Below, in pieces: positions 1 to 12,424 of a stretch of DNA of 47,396 bases (within the stretch, counting starts at the first letter, position 1; every line of letters begins with the position of its first letter). The notes under the pieces are model-generated. The model was not told where the DNA came from and made no database searches. It saw only the letters and a list, made by a program, of their open reading frames with translations. The position numbers and the translations under genes were made by a program. This DNA is from Pseudonocardiales bacterium (lineage in GTDB: Bacteria; Actinomycetota; Actinomycetes; Mycobacteriales; Jatrophihabitantaceae), in assembly GCA_043746395.1 (NCBI GenBank), contig JAYTRE010000305.1:1-47396 (forward strand), read 5' to 3'.

Positions 1-1
1 C

Positions 2-766
<765 letters not shown>

Positions 767-801
767 CACTTGCACCACGGGTTGGATCTTGCTGCGTAGG
801 A

Positions 802-817
802 CGTGCGCTAGCGCACG
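802..817 (+). terminator. Palindrome/hairpin CGTGCGC-TA-GCGCACG after tuf (terminator or attenuator candidate)
   Basis: Perfect 7+7 inverted repeat read directly, 36 nt after the tuf stop. There is no U-tract, so function is uncertain. Confidence 0.2.
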
Positions 818-911
818 CTGAGCATCGAGATCCACCCGGCACCACCGCTTCTCGCCGTTCCCGGCGGGCGAGCTCGGTCCTGAGGCAGCAAGACAGTGAG
901 GATTTGCCACC

Positions 912-1217
912 ATGGCGGGACAGAAGATCCGCATTCGGCTCAAGGCCTATGACCACGAGGCCATCGACGCCAGTGCTCGCAAGATCGTCGAGACCGTGAC
1001 GCGCACCGGCGCACGGGTCGTCGGTCCGGTGCCGTTGCCGACGGAGAAGAACATCTATTGCGTCATCCGGTCGCCGCACAAGTACAAGGACAGCCGAGAG
1101 CACTTCGAGATGCGCACCCACAAGCGGCTGATCGACATCCTCGACCCGACTCCGAAGACGGTCGACGCGCTCATGCGCATCGACCTGCCCGCCAGCGTCG
1201 ACGTAAACATTCAGTAG
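912..1217 (+). CDS. rpsJ: 30S ribosomal protein S10
   Basis: 101 aa, [15 protein letters not shown]...[23 protein letters not shown]. It is the first gene of the S10 operon. Confidence 0.98.
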   Translation: MAGQKIRIRLKAYDHEAIDASARKIVETVTRTGARVVGPVPLPTEKNIYCVIRSPHKYKDSREHFEMRTHKRLIDILDPTPKTVDALMRIDLPASVDVNIQ

Positions 1218-1239
1218 AAGCAGCGGAGATTGCAGACCA

Positions 1240-1896
1240 ATGGCTAACGAAACTGGTACCGCCCAGCGGGGCCTGCTGGGCGAGAAGCTCGGCATGACCC
1301 AGGTCTTCGACGAGAACAACCGGATTGTTCCGGTGACTGTCGTCAAGGCCGGGCCGTGCGTCGTCACCCAGATCCGGACGCAGGAGAAGGACGGCTACAC
1401 AGCTATCCAGCTCGCTTTCGGCCAGATTGACCCGCGCAAGGTCACCAAGCCGGTGGCCGGGCACTTCAAGGCCGCCGAGGTCACGCCGCGCCGCCATCTG
1501 GTCGAGGTGCGCACCGACTCGATCGAGGACTACACGATCGGACAGGAGATCGGAGTCGACGCCTTCGCCGAAGGCGCGCTCGTCGATGTCACGGGCACCA
1601 CCAAGGGCAAGGGCACCGCCGGCGTCATGAAGCGCCACGGCTTCCACGGCGTGTCGTCCTCGCACGGCTCGCACCGCAACCATCGCAAGCCGGGCTCGAT
1701 CGGCGCCTGCGCCACTCCTGGTCGCGTCTTCAAGGGCATGAAGATGGCCGGCCGGATGGGCTTCGAGACCCAGACGACACAGAGCCTGACCGTCCACAGG
1801 GTCGACGCCGAGCGCGGGCTGCTGCTCATCAAGGGCGCCATCCCCGGCCCGCGTGGCGGCCTCGTGCTCGTCCGCACGGCAGTCAAGGGGGCATGA
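1240..1896 (+). CDS. rplC: 50S ribosomal protein L3
   Basis: 218 aa, [25 protein letters not shown]...[13 protein letters not shown]. Position follows rpsJ. Confidence 0.98.
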   Translation: MANETGTAQRGLLGEKLGMTQVFDENNRIVPVTVVKAGPCVVTQIRTQEKDGYTAIQLAFGQIDPRKVTKPVAGHFKAAEVTPRRHLVEVRTDSIEDYTIGQEIGVDAFAEGALVDVTGTTKGKGTAGVMKRHGFHGVSSSHGSHRNHRKPGSIGACATPGRVFKGMKMAGRMGFETQTTQSLTVHRVDAERGLLLIKGAIPGPRGGLVLVRTAVKGA

Positions 1897-2711
1897 CCGT
1901 GACACTCTCTCTCACCGTCCAGACGCCAGCGGGCGGCACGGGCAAGGCGGGCACCGTCGAGCTGCCTGCCGAGATCTTCGACGTGCCGACCAATGTGCCG
2001 CTCATCCACCAGGTGGTCGTGGCGCAACTCGCCGCGGCGCGCCAGGGCACGCATTCGACCAAGACGCGGGCAGACGTTCGCGGTGGCGGCAAGAAGCCGC
2101 ACCGTCAGAAGGGCACCGGCCGCGCCCGCCAGGGCTCGACTCGCGCGCCTCAGTTCGTCGGCGGCGGCGTGGTCCACGGCCCGCACCCGCGCGACTACGC
2201 GCAGCGCACCCCGAAGAAGATGAAGGCCGCGGCCCTGCGTGGCGCCCTCTCCGACCGGGCCCGAAACGACCGTCTGTTCGTGGTCTCCTCGCTCGTCTCA
2301 GGCGATGCCCCGTCGACGAAGACGGCCGCCGAGACGCTGGCCAAGGTCAGCAGCGCGAGAAACGTCCTGGTTGTCGCCGAGCGCTCGGACGGTCTCACCT
2401 GGCAAAGCCTGCGCAACGCACAGAACGTGCATCTGCTCGAGCCGGGCCAGCTCAACACCTACGACGTGCTGGTCAGCGATGACATCGTCTTCACCCAGGG
2501 CGCCCTCGAGGCATTCCTCGGTGGTCCGCAGACCGGTAAGTCCGCCAAGGGCGCTGCGAGCAGCACCGAGATCGATGCCGAACCGGTCGTGGAGCTCGTG
2601 AAGCCGGTCAAGAAGGCACCGGCGGCCAAGGCGGAGGCGAAGAAGGACGCGCCCAAGGCTGCGCAGCCCGACAGCGCCGACGACAGCACGGTCGATGAGG
2701 AGCAGAGCTGA
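1893..2711 (+). CDS. rplD: 50S ribosomal protein L4 with Lys/Ala/Pro/Asp-rich C-terminal extension
   Basis: ATGA start/stop overlap with rplC. Core motif is [19 protein letters not shown]. 272 aa with a low-complexity tail [33 protein letters not shown]. Confidence 0.97.
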   Translation: MTVTLSLTVQTPAGGTGKAGTVELPAEIFDVPTNVPLIHQVVVAQLAAARQGTHSTKTRADVRGGGKKPHRQKGTGRARQGSTRAPQFVGGGVVHGPHPRDYAQRTPKKMKAAALRGALSDRARNDRLFVVSSLVSGDAPSTKTAAETLAKVSSARNVLVVAERSDGLTWQSLRNAQNVHLLEPGQLNTYDVLVSDDIVFTQGALEAFLGGPQTGKSAKGAASSTEIDAEPVVELVKPVKKAPAAKAEAKKDAPKAAQPDSADDSTVDEEQS

Positions 2712-3007
2712 TGTTTGACGACCCCCGCGACGTGCTGCTCGCTCCGGTGATCTCGGAGAAGAGCTACGGCCTGCTGGACGAGAACAAGTACACCTTCGAT
2801 GTCCATCCGCTGGCAAACAAGACCCAGATCAAGATCGCGGTCGAGAAGGTGTTCAGCGTCAAGGTCACCGACGTCAACACCCTCAACCGCCAGGGCAAGC
2901 GCAAGCGGACCAGATCCGGCTTCGGACAGCGCAAAAGCGTCAAGCGCGCCGTCGTGACCCTCCGCGAGGGCGACCGGATCGATGTCTTCGGCCAGATTGG
3001 TAACTAG
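2711..3007 (+). CDS. rplW: 50S ribosomal protein L23
   Basis: 98 aa, [13 protein letters not shown]...[24 protein letters not shown]. Its start overlaps the rplD stop. Confidence 0.97.
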   Translation: MFDDPRDVLLAPVISEKSYGLLDENKYTFDVHPLANKTQIKIAVEKVFSVKVTDVNTLNRQGKRKRTRSGFGQRKSVKRAVVTLREGDRIDVFGQIGN

Positions 3008-3009
3008 CG

Positions 3010-3843
<834 letters not shown>

Positions 3844-3856
3844 GAGGGTTTGACAG

Positions 3857-4138
3857 ATGCCACGCAGCTTGAAGAAGGGCCCGTTCGTCGACGACCATCT
3901 GCTCAAGAAGGTCGACGACCAGAACGACAAGGGCAGCAAGAACGTGATCAAGACCTGGTCGCGTCGTTCGACGATCATCCCCGACATGCTCGGGCACACG
4001 ATCGCCGTGCACGACGGCCGCAAGCATGTTCCGGTGTTCGTCACCGAGGGCATGGTCGGGCACAAGCTCGGCGAGTTCGCACCGACGCGGACCTTCCGGG
4101 GCCACGTCAGGGACGACCGTCGCGCACGGCGCGGCTGA
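3857..4138 (+). CDS. rpsS: 30S ribosomal protein S19
   Basis: 93 aa, [19 protein letters not shown]...[28 protein letters not shown]. Confidence 0.98.
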   Translation: MPRSLKKGPFVDDHLLKKVDDQNDKGSKNVIKTWSRRSTIIPDMLGHTIAVHDGRKHVPVFVTEGMVGHKLGEFAPTRTFRGHVRDDRRARRG

Positions 4139-4155
4139 CAGGAACGGACGAGGAC

Positions 4156-4551
4156 ATGGCTACGACTGATACCGACGAGGTACGCACCGCGATCGCGCGA
4201 GCGACCCACGTTCACGTCACGCCGATGAAGGCGCGTCGCGTCATCGACCTGATCCGGGACCTCCCGGCACACCAGGCCCTGACGATGCTGAAGTTCGCAC
4301 CGCAGGCGGCCAGCGAGCCGATCGCCAAGGTGCTGGCCAGCGCGATCGCCAACGCGGAGCACAACTTTTCGCTGGACCCCGAGACGCTCGTCGTCTCGCG
4401 GGCCTACGTCGACGAGGGCCCGACGCTCAAACGGTTCCAGCCGCGTGCGCAGGGGCGGGCCTTCCGCATCCGCAAGCGCACCAGCCACATCACGATCGAG
4501 GTCGAGAGCGTCAACACCTCGGCACGCAAGCAGAAGGGACGTACCCGCTGA
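4156..4551 (+). CDS. rplV: 50S ribosomal protein L22
   Basis: Internal ATG at 4156 of the 3850..4551 ORF. The upstream part of that ORF only overlaps rpsS in another frame. The product is [35 protein letters not shown]...[14 protein letters not shown]. Confidence 0.95.
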   Translation: MATTDTDEVRTAIARATHVHVTPMKARRVIDLIRDLPAHQALTMLKFAPQAASEPIAKVLASAIANAEHNFSLDPETLVVSRAYVDEGPTLKRFQPRAQGRAFRIRKRTSHITIEVESVNTSARKQKGRTR

Positions 4552-5624
4552 TGGGTCAGAAGGTCAATCCCAACGGGTTCCGTCTCGGCATCACCACCGA
4601 CTGGAAGAGCCGCTGGTTCGCCGACAAGCAATACGCGGAGTACGTCAAGGAAGACGTGGCGATCCGCCGCCTCATGTCCAAGGGAATGGAACGCGCCGGT
4701 ATCGCCAAGGTCGAGATCGAGCGCACCCGTGATCGCGTTCGCGTCGACATCCACACCGCACGTCCGGGCATCGTCATCGGCCGCCGCGGCGCCGAAGCCG
4801 ACCGGATCCGTGGGGAGCTGGAGAAGCTGACCGGTAAGCAGGTGCAGCTCAACATCCTCGAGGTGAAGAACCCCGAGGGTGACGCGCAGCTGGTGGCCCA
4901 GGGCGTGGCCGAGCAGCTGAGCAACCGGGTGAGCTTCCGCCGCGCGATGCGCAAGAGCATGCAGTCGACGCTGAAGAGCCCGGGCGTCAAGGGAATCCGG
5001 GTCCAGTGCTCGGGTCGTCTCGGTGGCGCCGAGATGAGCCGCTCGGAGTTCTACCGCGAGGGCCGGGTGCCGCTGCACACGCTGCGCGCCAACATCGACT
5101 ACGGGTTCTACGAGGCTCGCACCACTTTCGGCCGCATCGGGGTCAAGGTGTGGATCTACAAGGGCGAGGTGCCCACCGGGTCCCGCGCCGAGCGCGAGGC
5201 AGCAGTCGCCGCCGAGGCGCTGCGCCAGCGGCGGGACCGTCCGGCAGGTGCGGCCCGACCGCGCCGGTCAGGTTCGCAGGGCACCACCGGGGTGAGTACC
5301 GACGCCGGTCGGGCGGCCTCGGGGGAGACCGAGACGCCGGACGTCGAGGCCCTGGTCACCGAGGCCCCGGTCACCGAGGCCCCGGTCACCGAAGCCGCGG
5401 TCACCGAAGCCGCGGTTGTGCAAGCCCCGGTCACCGAAGCCGCGGCGGAGCAGGCAGCCGCCACCGAGCCAGTCAGCGAGGCGCAGCCATCGGCTGAGGC
5501 CGCCGGGTCCGTCCAGTCCTTCTTCGTCACCACTGAGGCAGCGGCTCTGGCGGAGATCGCCGCCGACGCCCCGCCCGCGGTCACGACGACTGAAGAGGTC
5601 ATCAACGAGAGCACGGAGAGCTGA
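4551..5624 (+). CDS. rpsC: 30S ribosomal protein S3 with unusually long (about 150 aa) Ala/Glu/Thr/Val-rich C-terminal extension
   Basis: N-terminal 207 aa are canonical S3 ([13 protein letters not shown]...[14 protein letters not shown]). The ORF then continues to 357 aa with ([10 protein letters not shown]) pentapeptide repeats. Confidence 0.96.
   Translation: MGQKVNPNGFRLGITTDWKSRWFADKQYAEYVKEDVAIRRLMSKGMERAGIAKVEIERTRDRVRVDIHTARPGIVIGRRGAEADRIRGELEKLTGKQVQLNILEVKNPEGDAQLVAQGVAEQLSNRVSFRRAMRKSMQSTLKSPGVKGIRVQCSGRLGGAEMSRSEFYREGRVPLHTLRANIDYGFYEARTTFGRIGVKVWIYKGEVPTGSRAEREAAVAAEALRQRRDRPAGAARPRRSGSQGTTGVSTDAGRAASGETETPDVEALVTEAPVTEAPVTEAAVTEAAVVQAPVTEAAAEQAAATEPVSEAQPSAEAAGSVQSFFVTTEAAALAEIAADAPPAVTTTEEVINESTES
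5355..5444 (+). repeat. In-frame 15-nt tandem repeat x6 inside the rpsC tail (GTCACCGAGGCCCCG / GTCACCGAAGCCGCG)
   Basis: Counted base by base. Copies at 5355, 5370, 5385, 5400, 5415 (diverged) and 5430 encode [30 protein letters not shown]. Confidence 0.95.
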
Positions 5625-5627
5625 GTC

Positions 5628-6047
5628 ATGCTCATCCCACGGCGGGTCAAGCACCGCAAGCAGCACCACCCGAGCCGCTCGGGTGCCGCATCCGGGGGCA
5701 CCCGGGTGACGTTCGGCGAGTTCGGCATCCAAGCGCTCGAGCCGGCTTACCTCACCAACCGGCAGATCGAGGCGGCCCGTATCGCCATCAACCGGCGGAT
5801 CCGGCGCGGCGGCAAGGTGTGGATCAACGTCTACCCGGACCGTCCGCTCACCAAGAAGCCGGCTGAGACCCGGATGGGTTCGGGTAAGGGTTCGCCCGAG
5901 TGGTGGATCGCGAACGTCAAGCCCGGGCGCGTGCTCTTCGAGCTGAGCTACCCCAACGAGGTCGTGGCGCGCGAGGCGCTGACCCGGGCAATCCACAAGC
6001 TGCCGATGAAGTGTCGCATCGTCAAGCGCGAGGCAGGTGAGCTGTAA
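5628..6047 (+). CDS. rplP: 50S ribosomal protein L16
   Basis: 139 aa, [15 protein letters not shown]...[14 protein letters not shown]. Confidence 0.98.
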   Translation: MLIPRRVKHRKQHHPSRSGAASGGTRVTFGEFGIQALEPAYLTNRQIEAARIAINRRIRRGGKVWINVYPDRPLTKKPAETRMGSGKGSPEWWIANVKPGRVLFELSYPNEVVAREALTRAIHKLPMKCRIVKREAGEL

Positions 6048-6274
6048 TGACCACGAACACCGACGAGATGCGCGAGCTGCACGACGACGAGCTCGAGACG
6101 CGGCTGCGTGAGGCCAAGGAAGAACTGTTCAACCTGCGCTTCCAGATGGCCACTGGACAGCTGGACAACAACCGGCGACTGCGTACCGTCCGCCACGACA
6201 TCGCCCGGATCTACACGATCCTGCGCGAGCGTGAGCTAGGGCTGTCTGTCGCTCCGAGTGAAGGTGTGGCATGA
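6047..6274 (+). CDS. rpmC: 50S ribosomal protein L29
   Basis: 75 aa, [49 protein letters not shown]. Confidence 0.96.
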   Translation: MTTNTDEMRELHDDELETRLREAKEELFNLRFQMATGQLDNNRRLRTVRHDIARIYTILRERELGLSVAPSEGVA

Positions 6275-6576
6275 GCGAGGAAACGATTACCCACGATTCG
6301 CCCGAGGCCGGCGGCGACCTCGCCCGGACGACCTACCGCAAGACCCGTGAGGGCCTGGTCGTCAGCGACAAGATGGACAAGACCGTCGTTGTGGCCGTCG
6401 AGGACCGGGTCAAGCACCCGCTGTACGGCAAGGTGCTGCGGCGCACCAACAAGCTCAAGGCGCACGATGAGACCAACCAAGTCGGCATCGGCGACCGTGT
6501 GCTGATCATGGAGACCCGACCGCTGTCAGCGACCAAGCGCTGGCGTGTCGTCGAGGTTCTCGAGCGCGCCAAGTAA
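6271..6576 (+). CDS. rpsQ: 30S ribosomal protein S17
   Basis: 101 aa, [42 protein letters not shown]...[20 protein letters not shown] overlap with rpmC. Confidence 0.97.
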   Translation: MSEETITHDSPEAGGDLARTTYRKTREGLVVSDKMDKTVVVAVEDRVKHPLYGKVLRRTNKLKAHDETNQVGIGDRVLIMETRPLSATKRWRVVEVLERAK

Positions 6577-6610
6577 CGCCCCTCGTCACCATCGATTCTG
6601 GGAGTTAGCA

Positions 6611-6979
6611 GTGATTCAGCAGGAGTCGCGACTGCGCGTCGCCGACAACACCGGTGCCAAGGAGATCTTGTGCATCCGCGTGATGGGCGGCTCGGGCCGG
6701 CGCTATGCGGGCATCGGCGACATCATCGTCGCGACCGTCAAGGACGCGCTGCCCGGCGCAGGTGTCAAGAAGGGTGACGTCGTGAAGGCCGTCATCGTGC
6801 GGACCGTCAAGGAGCGGCGTCGTCCCGACGGGAGCTACATCCGCTTCGACGAGAATGCCGCTGTGCTGATCAAGGCAGACGGCGAACCGCGCGGCACCCG
6901 CATCTTCGGTCCGGTGGGCCGCGAGCTGCGCGACAAAAAGTTCATGAAGATCATCTCGCTGGCACCGGAGGTGCTCTGA
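6611..6979 (+). CDS. rplN: 50S ribosomal protein L14
   Basis: GTG at 6611 gives [24 protein letters not shown]..., 122 aa, the canonical L14 N-terminus. The longer ORF from 6545 overlaps the rpsQ end. Confidence 0.96.
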   Translation: MIQQESRLRVADNTGAKEILCIRVMGGSGRRYAGIGDIIVATVKDALPGAGVKKGDVVKAVIVRTVKERRRPDGSYIRFDENAAVLIKADGEPRGTRIFGPVGRELRDKKFMKIISLAPEVL

Positions 6980-6980
6980 C

Positions 6981-7298
6981 ATGAAGGTCAAGAAGGGTGA
7001 CGAGGTCGTCGTCATCGCCGGTAAGGATCGCGGCGTCAAGGGCAAGGTCATCGCGGCCGATCCGTTGACGAACAAGGTCGTCGTCGAAGGTGTCAACCGG
7101 GTCAAGAAACACACGCGCGTCAGCACAACCGCCCGCGGCGCCAAGGCAGGCGGCATCGAGCACGTCGAGGCGGCCATCAGCGCGAGCAACGTCATGGTGA
7201 TCGACAGCGAAGGCAAGGCCACCCGCGTCGGATACCGGCGTGACGAGGAGAACGGCAAGAACGTGCGCACGTCGCGCCGTTCGGGGAAGGACCTGTGA
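6981..7298 (+). CDS. rplX: 50S ribosomal protein L24
   Basis: 105 aa, [24 protein letters not shown]...[10 protein letters not shown]. Confidence 0.97.
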   Translation: MKVKKGDEVVVIAGKDRGVKGKVIAADPLTNKVVVEGVNRVKKHTRVSTTARGAKAGGIEHVEAAISASNVMVIDSEGKATRVGYRRDEENGKNVRTSRRSGKDL

Positions 7299-7858
7299 TG
7301 ACTGCCACTAGCGAGGCGCCGCGGCTCAAGCTGCGCTACCGCGAGGAGATCGCCCCCGCGCTACGGGAGCAGTACTCGTTCGGTAACCCGATGCAGGTGC
7401 CAGGCCTGGTCAAGATCGTCGTGAACATGGGTGTGGGCCAGGCGGCCAAGGACAGCAAGCTCATGGACGGCGCAGTTCGCGACCTCACGCTGATCACCGG
7501 CCAGAAGCCGCTCGTGCAGAAGGCGCGCAAGTCGATCGCGCAGTTCAAGCTGCGTGAGGGCATGCCCATCGGTGCGAAGGTCACCCTCCGCGGTGATCGG
7601 ATGTGGGAGTTCCTCGACCGGCTGCTGTCGCTCGCGCTGCCCCGCATCCGCGACTTTCGTGGCCTGTCCGACCAGCAGTTCGACGGCAACGGCAACTACA
7701 CCTTCGGCCTGAACGAGCAGTCGATGTTCCACGAGATCGACCCCGACTCCATCGACCGGCAGCGCGGGATGGACATCACCGTGGTCACGACGGCCAACAA
7801 CGACGACCAGGGACGCTCGCTGCTGAAGGCGCTCGGCTTCCCGTTCAAGGAGAACTGA
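7295..7858 (+). CDS. rplE: 50S ribosomal protein L5
   Basis: 187 aa, [40 protein letters not shown]...[11 protein letters not shown]. Confidence 0.98.
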   Translation: MMTATSEAPRLKLRYREEIAPALREQYSFGNPMQVPGLVKIVVNMGVGQAAKDSKLMDGAVRDLTLITGQKPLVQKARKSIAQFKLREGMPIGAKVTLRGDRMWEFLDRLLSLALPRIRDFRGLSDQQFDGNGNYTFGLNEQSMFHEIDPDSIDRQRGMDITVVTTANNDDQGRSLLKALGFPFKEN

Positions 7859-7863
7859 GCAGT

Positions 7864-8049
7864 ATGGCGAAGACAGCACTAGTCATGAAGGCCGCGGCCA
7901 AGCCGAAGTTCAAGGTGCGCGGATATACCCGCTGTCAGCGGTGCGGGCGTTCGCAGGCGGTGTACAAGAAGTTCGGCCTGTGCCGTATCTGCCTGCGCGA
8001 GATGGCGCACGCGGGCGAGCTGCCGGGTGTCACCAAGTCATCCTGGTAA
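7864..8049 (+). CDS. rpsN: 30S ribosomal protein S14, short zinc-ribbon type Z
   Basis: ATG at 7864 gives 61 aa, [61 protein letters not shown], with CxxC...CxxC. Confidence 0.96.
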   Translation: MAKTALVMKAAAKPKFKVRGYTRCQRCGRSQAVYKKFGLCRICLREMAHAGELPGVTKSSW

Positions 8050-8169
8050 CCAACCTTCGCCGTAGGCCCTGCGGGGAACCGCGGCGAGAAAGTAGAGCAA
8101 CATGACCCAGCACCACCCGAAGCTCCGCCCGCTGCCCTCGTGTGGCGCGCTCATCGCGGAGGCACGCTC

Positions 8170-8577
8170 ATGACCATGACCGACCCGATCGCAGACATGC
8201 TCACTCGCTTGCGCAACGCGAACTCGGCGTTCCACGACGAGGTGGTGATGCCGCATTCCAAGCTCAAGAGTCACATCGCGGAGATCCTCAAGCAGGAGGG
8301 TTACATCGCGAGCTTCCGCGTCGCTGACGCCCCGGAGGGTCAGGTGGGCCGCGTGCTCACCCTCGACCTGAAATACGGGCCCAACCGGGAGCGCAGCATC
8401 GCCGGGGTGCGCCGGGTGTCCAAGCCTGGCCTGCGGGTATACGCGAAGTCGACGGGCATGCCGCGCGTCCTCGGTGGCCTGGGCATTGCGATTCTGTCGA
8501 CGTCCTCCGGCCTGCTGACCGACCGGCAGGCTGCTAAGCGTGGAGTAGGCGGGGAAGTCCTCGCCTATGTCTGGTAG
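8170..8577 (+). CDS. rpsH: 30S ribosomal protein S8
   Basis: ATG at 8170 gives [20 protein letters not shown]..., 135 aa. A 120-nt spacer separates it from rpsN. Confidence 0.96.
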   Translation: MTMTDPIADMLTRLRNANSAFHDEVVMPHSKLKSHIAEILKQEGYIASFRVADAPEGQVGRVLTLDLKYGPNRERSIAGVRRVSKPGLRVYAKSTGMPRVLGGLGIAILSTSSGLLTDRQAAKRGVGGEVLAYVW

Positions 8578-8585
8578 GGAATGAC

Positions 8586-9131
8586 ATGAGCCGAATTGGC
8601 AAGCTGCCGGTGCCCGTACCGACGGGCGTCGAGGTCGCGATCGACGGACAGCAGGTGACGGTGACGGGTCCGAAGGGCACCCTGAGCCACACCGTTGCGG
8701 CGCCGATCACGGTCGCCCGCGACAGCGACAGCGGCACGCTCACCGTGCTGCGTCCCGACGACGAGCGCCTCTCGAAGTCGCTGCACGGCCTGTCGCGCAC
8801 CCTGATCGCCAACATGGTGACGGGCGTGACGGCCGGCTACACGAAAACCCTCGAGATCGTCGGAACCGGTTACCGCGTGACTGCCAAGGGCAGTGATCTG
8901 GAGTTCGCGCTCGGGTTCTCGCATCCGGTGCTGGTCCCCGCTCCCGAGGGCATCTCGTTCCGTGTCGAGGCGCCGACCCGTTTCGCCGTCGATGGCATCG
9001 ACAAGCAGAAGGTAGGCGAGGTGGCCGCCAACATCCGCAAGCTGCGCAAGCCCGACCCGTACAAGGGCAAGGGCGTGCGCTACCAGGGTGAGGTCATCCG
9101 TCGCAAGGCTGGAAAGGCCGGTAAGAAATGA
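8586..9131 (+). CDS. rplF: 50S ribosomal protein L6
   Basis: 181 aa, [35 protein letters not shown]...[14 protein letters not shown]. Confidence 0.98.
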   Translation: MSRIGKLPVPVPTGVEVAIDGQQVTVTGPKGTLSHTVAAPITVARDSDSGTLTVLRPDDERLSKSLHGLSRTLIANMVTGVTAGYTKTLEIVGTGYRVTAKGSDLEFALGFSHPVLVPAPEGISFRVEAPTRFAVDGIDKQKVGEVAANIRKLRKPDPYKGKGVRYQGEVIRRKAGKAGKK

Positions 9132-9214
9132 TTGAACAGCCTCACGAGGACCTCCGCGCGTGCAACGGAGCGAATCTCAGCGATGAGCGCTCTCGCGAAG
9201 AGCAGGTGAGTTGA

Positions 9215-9604
9215 GTGGGCGCCTCGAGTATCGCCAAGCAGGCACGCCGGTCGGCCGGGGTCGCGGCGACCCGCCGGGTCGCCAAGGCACGCCGGCACTT
9301 CCGGTTGCGCAAGAAGGTCGTCGGCACGGCCGATCGGCCCCGCCTGGTCGTCACCCGCTCGTCGCGGCATCTGTTCGCGCAGGTCGTCGACGATGCGAAG
9401 GGCGTGACGCTGGCATCGGTATCGACGTACAAGCTCGACGACGGCGACAAGACAGCGCGGGCCAAGCAGGTGGGTGCCCAACTCGCTGAAGCGGCCAAGT
9501 CCGCCGGTGTCAGCAAGGTCGTCTTCGACCGCGCTGGCAACACCTACACCGGGCGGATCGCGGCGTTCGCCGACGCGGCCCGCGAAGCCGGATTGGAATT
9601 CTAG
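9215..9604 (+). CDS. rplR: 50S ribosomal protein L18
   Basis: GTG start, 129 aa, [34 protein letters not shown]...[28 protein letters not shown]. Confidence 0.96.
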   Translation: MGASSIAKQARRSAGVAATRRVAKARRHFRLRKKVVGTADRPRLVVTRSSRHLFAQVVDDAKGVTLASVSTYKLDDGDKTARAKQVGAQLAEAAKSAGVSKVVFDRAGNTYTGRIAAFADAAREAGLEF

Positions 9605-9634
9605 AATGACGAACGCAACTGAGGGGAACGTCTG

Positions 9635-10261
9635 ATGCCCGGACCGCAGCGCGGAGCCCGTACGGGCGGCACGACCGACCGAGGCGGCGAGCGCGGCGAG
9701 CGCCGTGACCGCCGCGACGGTGGCCGGGGGCAGAACGCTCCGGAGAAGAGCGCCCACCTCGAACGAGTAGTGACGATCAACCGCGTCGCCAAGGTAGTTA
9801 AGGGTGGCCGCCGGTTCAGCTTCACGGCGCTGGTCGTCGTCGGTGACGGTGACGGAACGGTCGGCGTCGGCTACGGCAAGGCGAAGGAGGTTCCGGCCGC
9901 CATCGCGAAAGGTGTCGAGGAGGCCAAGAAGAACTTTTTCAAGGTACCGCGGATCCAGCAGACCATCCCGCATCCGGTCCAGGGCGAGAAGGCCGCCGGT
10001 GTCGTCCTGCTCAAGCCGGCCAGCCCGGGTACCGGCGTGATCGCCGGCGGACCGGTGCGTGCCGTGCTCGAGTGCGCCGGCATTCACGACGTCCTGTCGA
10101 AGTCGCTGGGCTCGGACAATCCGATCAACATCGTGCACGCTACGGTGGCCGCGCTGAAGGCGCTCGTCCGGCCCGAGGAGGTCGCGGCTCGCCGCGGTTT
10201 GCCGCTCGAGGACGTCGCACCGGCGGGTCTGCTGCGGGCGCGCGCCGGGCAGGGAGCCTGA
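9635..10261 (+). CDS. rpsE: 30S ribosomal protein S5 with Arg/Gly-rich N-terminal extension
   Basis: 208 aa. Core is [47 protein letters not shown], preceded by [27 protein letters not shown]. Confidence 0.97.
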   Translation: MPGPQRGARTGGTTDRGGERGERRDRRDGGRGQNAPEKSAHLERVVTINRVAKVVKGGRRFSFTALVVVGDGDGTVGVGYGKAKEVPAAIAKGVEEAKKNFFKVPRIQQTIPHPVQGEKAAGVVLLKPASPGTGVIAGGPVRAVLECAGIHDVLSKSLGSDNPINIVHATVAALKALVRPEEVAARRGLPLEDVAPAGLLRARAGQGA

Positions 10262-10263
10262 GC

Positions 10264-10446
10264 ATGAGCCGGCTGAAGATAACCCAGACCCGCTCGGGGA
10301 TCGGGAACAAGCGCAACCAGCGTCAGACGCTGCGCACGCTTGGTCTCAAACGCATCCACGATGTGGTCGTCAAGCAAGATCGCCCGGAGATCCGTGGCAT
10401 GGTCGCGACCGTCACGCACCTCGTGTCGGTCGAGGAGGTCGAGTAG
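10264..10446 (+). CDS. rpmD: 50S ribosomal protein L30
   Basis: ATG at 10264, 60 aa, [36 protein letters not shown]. Confidence 0.96.
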   Translation: MSRLKITQTRSGIGNKRNQRQTLRTLGLKRIHDVVVKQDRPEIRGMVATVTHLVSVEEVE

Positions 10447-10448
10447 AC

Positions 10449-10901
10449 ATGAGTAGCGGACCGCTGAAGGTGCACCATCTTCGTCCCGCGCCGGGTTCCC
10501 ACACCAAGAAGACCCGGGTGGGCCGCGGTGAGGGCTCCAAGGGCAAGACCGCCGGTCGGGGCACCAAGGGCACCAAGGCCCGGTATCAGGTGCCGGCCGG
10601 CTTCGAGGGTGGCCAGATGCCGATCCACATGCGGCTGCCGAAGCTCAAGGGCTTTCGCAACGCCTTCCGGGTCGAGTTCCAGGTCGTCAACGTCGCCAAA
10701 CTCGCCGAGCTCTTCCCCACCGGGGGCGCCGTAGGGGTCGACGAGCTTGTCGCCGCCGGCGCCGTCCGCAAGGGCGAGCCGGTCAAGGTCCTCGGCAACG
10801 GCGACCTCGGATCGGTCAAGCTGGACATCACAGCCGACGCCTTCTCCGACACGGCCCGCGACAAGATCGTCGCGGCCGGGGGCTCGGTCACGAAACGATA
10901 A
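10449..10901 (+). CDS. rplO: 50S ribosomal protein L15
   Basis: 150 aa, [36 protein letters not shown]. Confidence 0.97.
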   Translation: MSSGPLKVHHLRPAPGSHTKKTRVGRGEGSKGKTAGRGTKGTKARYQVPAGFEGGQMPIHMRLPKLKGFRNAFRVEFQVVNVAKLAELFPTGGAVGVDELVAAGAVRKGEPVKVLGNGDLGSVKLDITADAFSDTARDKIVAAGGSVTKR

Positions 10902-10913
10902 GCACCGACGCAC

Positions 10914-10942
10914 GGCGGGACCGGAGCTAACCCGGCCCCGCC
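10914..10942 (+). terminator. GC-rich hairpin after rplO (attenuator/terminator candidate)
   Basis: GGCGGGACCGG-AGCTAAC-CCGGCCCCGCC: 10 paired positions, one mismatch, 7-nt loop. It lies 13 nt after the rplO stop and has no clear U-tract. Confidence 0.3.
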
Positions 10943-11054
10943 GATGCGTTATCCCCGCCGCACGCTGGCTGTTAGCCTGGGTGCGTCTGTTCCGATCCGG
11001 GGCATGAACCTGGCCGGCCACTTGGCCACCTGACGATCCCCAGCAGGAGGATCC

Positions 11055-12377
11055 GTGCTCAGCGCATTCGCATCCGCGTTCCGTACGCCGGACCTGCGCA
11101 AGAAGCTGCTGTTCACTCTCGCGATGATCGCGTTGTACCGCCTCGGCGCCTCGGTGCCGACGCCCAACACGAACACGCACGCGATCAACACCTGCCTCAA
11201 GGCGGCCGAGAACGGCGCAAATGCCAACGTCTATTCGTTGATCAACCTGTTCTCCGGGGGGGCGCTGCTACGGCTGTCCGCATTCGCGCTCGGCATCATG
11301 CCCTACATCACCGCCAGCATCATTATCCAGCTGCTAGTGGTGGTCATTCCGCGCTTCGAACAGCTCAAGCAGGAAGGGCAGTCCGGGCAGCAGAAGCTGA
11401 CCCAGTACAGCCGCTACCTGACAATCGGCCTGGCTATTTTGCAGTCCACCGGTTTCATCGCTCTCGCCCGGTCCGGACAGCTGTTCAGTGGCTCCGACCC
11501 GAGCTGTAACTCGATCCTGTACAAGAGCGACATCTTCACGCTGTCGACGATGGTCATCTGCATGACCGCCGGCACGGCCGTGATTATGTGGCTCGGTGAG
11601 ATGATCACCGATCGGGGGGTCGGCAACGGCATGAGCGTGCTGATGTTCACCTCGATCGCCGCGCGCATCCCCAACGAGGGACAGACGATCCTGCAGAACG
11701 CCGGCGGCTTCGTCTTCACCCTCATCCTGGCGCTGGGCCTGGCGATCATCGTTGCCGTCGTGTTCGTCGAGCAGGCTCAGCGGCGCATCCCGGTGCAGTA
11801 CGCCAAACGCATGGTGGGACGACGGCAGTACGGCGGAACGTCGACCTACCTGCCGCTCAAGGTCAACCAGGCTGGCGTCATCCCGGTCATCTTCGCCTCG
11901 TCCCTGCTCTACGTCCCGCAGTTGATCAGCCAGCTCACCTCCAGCGGCAACGGCACGTCGTCTTTCCAGCGATGGGTGACGAACAACCTCATCAACCAGC
12001 AGTCGTGGATCTACATGGTCGTCTACTTCGGGTTGATCATCTTCTTCACGTACTTCTATGTCGGCATCACCTTCGATCCGGTCGAGCGCGCCGACGACAT
12101 GAAAAAGTACGGCGGGTTCATCCCCGGCATCCGTCCGGGGCGGCCCACCGCGGAGTACCTGCAGTTCGTGCTGTCGCGCATCACCCTGCCCGGCTCGTTG
12201 TATCTGGGCATCATCGCGATCCTGCCGAACTTCTTCTTCTCCATCACAAGCGGCAACAACCAGAACTTCCCCTTCGGCGGTACGGCCGTGTTGATCATGG
12301 TTGGCGTCGGTCTCGACACGGTCAAGCAGATCGAGAGCCAGCTCATGCAGCGCAACTACGAAGGCTTCCTGCGCTAG
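11055..12377 (+). CDS. secY: Preprotein translocase subunit SecY
   Basis: GTG start preceded by AGGAGGA. 440 aa multi-TM protein, LRKKLLFTLAMIALYRLGASVPTP...GIMPYITASIIIQLL...GFIPGIRPGRPT. Confidence 0.98.
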   Translation: MLSAFASAFRTPDLRKKLLFTLAMIALYRLGASVPTPNTNTHAINTCLKAAENGANANVYSLINLFSGGALLRLSAFALGIMPYITASIIIQLLVVVIPRFEQLKQEGQSGQQKLTQYSRYLTIGLAILQSTGFIALARSGQLFSGSDPSCNSILYKSDIFTLSTMVICMTAGTAVIMWLGEMITDRGVGNGMSVLMFTSIAARIPNEGQTILQNAGGFVFTLILALGLAIIVAVVFVEQAQRRIPVQYAKRMVGRRQYGGTSTYLPLKVNQAGVIPVIFASSLLYVPQLISQLTSSGNGTSSFQRWVTNNLINQQSWIYMVVYFGLIIFFTYFYVGITFDPVERADDMKKYGGFIPGIRPGRPTAEYLQFVLSRITLPGSLYLGIIAILPNFFFSITSGNNQNFPFGGTAVLIMVGVGLDTVKQIESQLMQRNYEGFLR

Positions 12378-12424
12378 CGGGCCGTGCGCCACGCTGATCG
12401 CATCGACGAAGGGTTGCCAGCCTC

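Noticed and set aside
5355-5444. Could the short tandem repeats (15-nt in rpsC, 21-nt at 36442-36504) be CRISPR-like arrays?
   Set aside because: The repeats are directly adjacent with no spacers. They are in-frame multiples of 3 inside clear coding regions and encode peptide repeats, so they are not CRISPR.
8050-8169. Unusually long (120 nt) rpsN-rpsH spacer as a possible regulatory RNA or small gene
   Set aside because: I see no convincing hairpin, repeat or ORF with an RBS. The in-frame extension of rpsH from 8140 adds only non-conserved residues, so there is not enough evidence.
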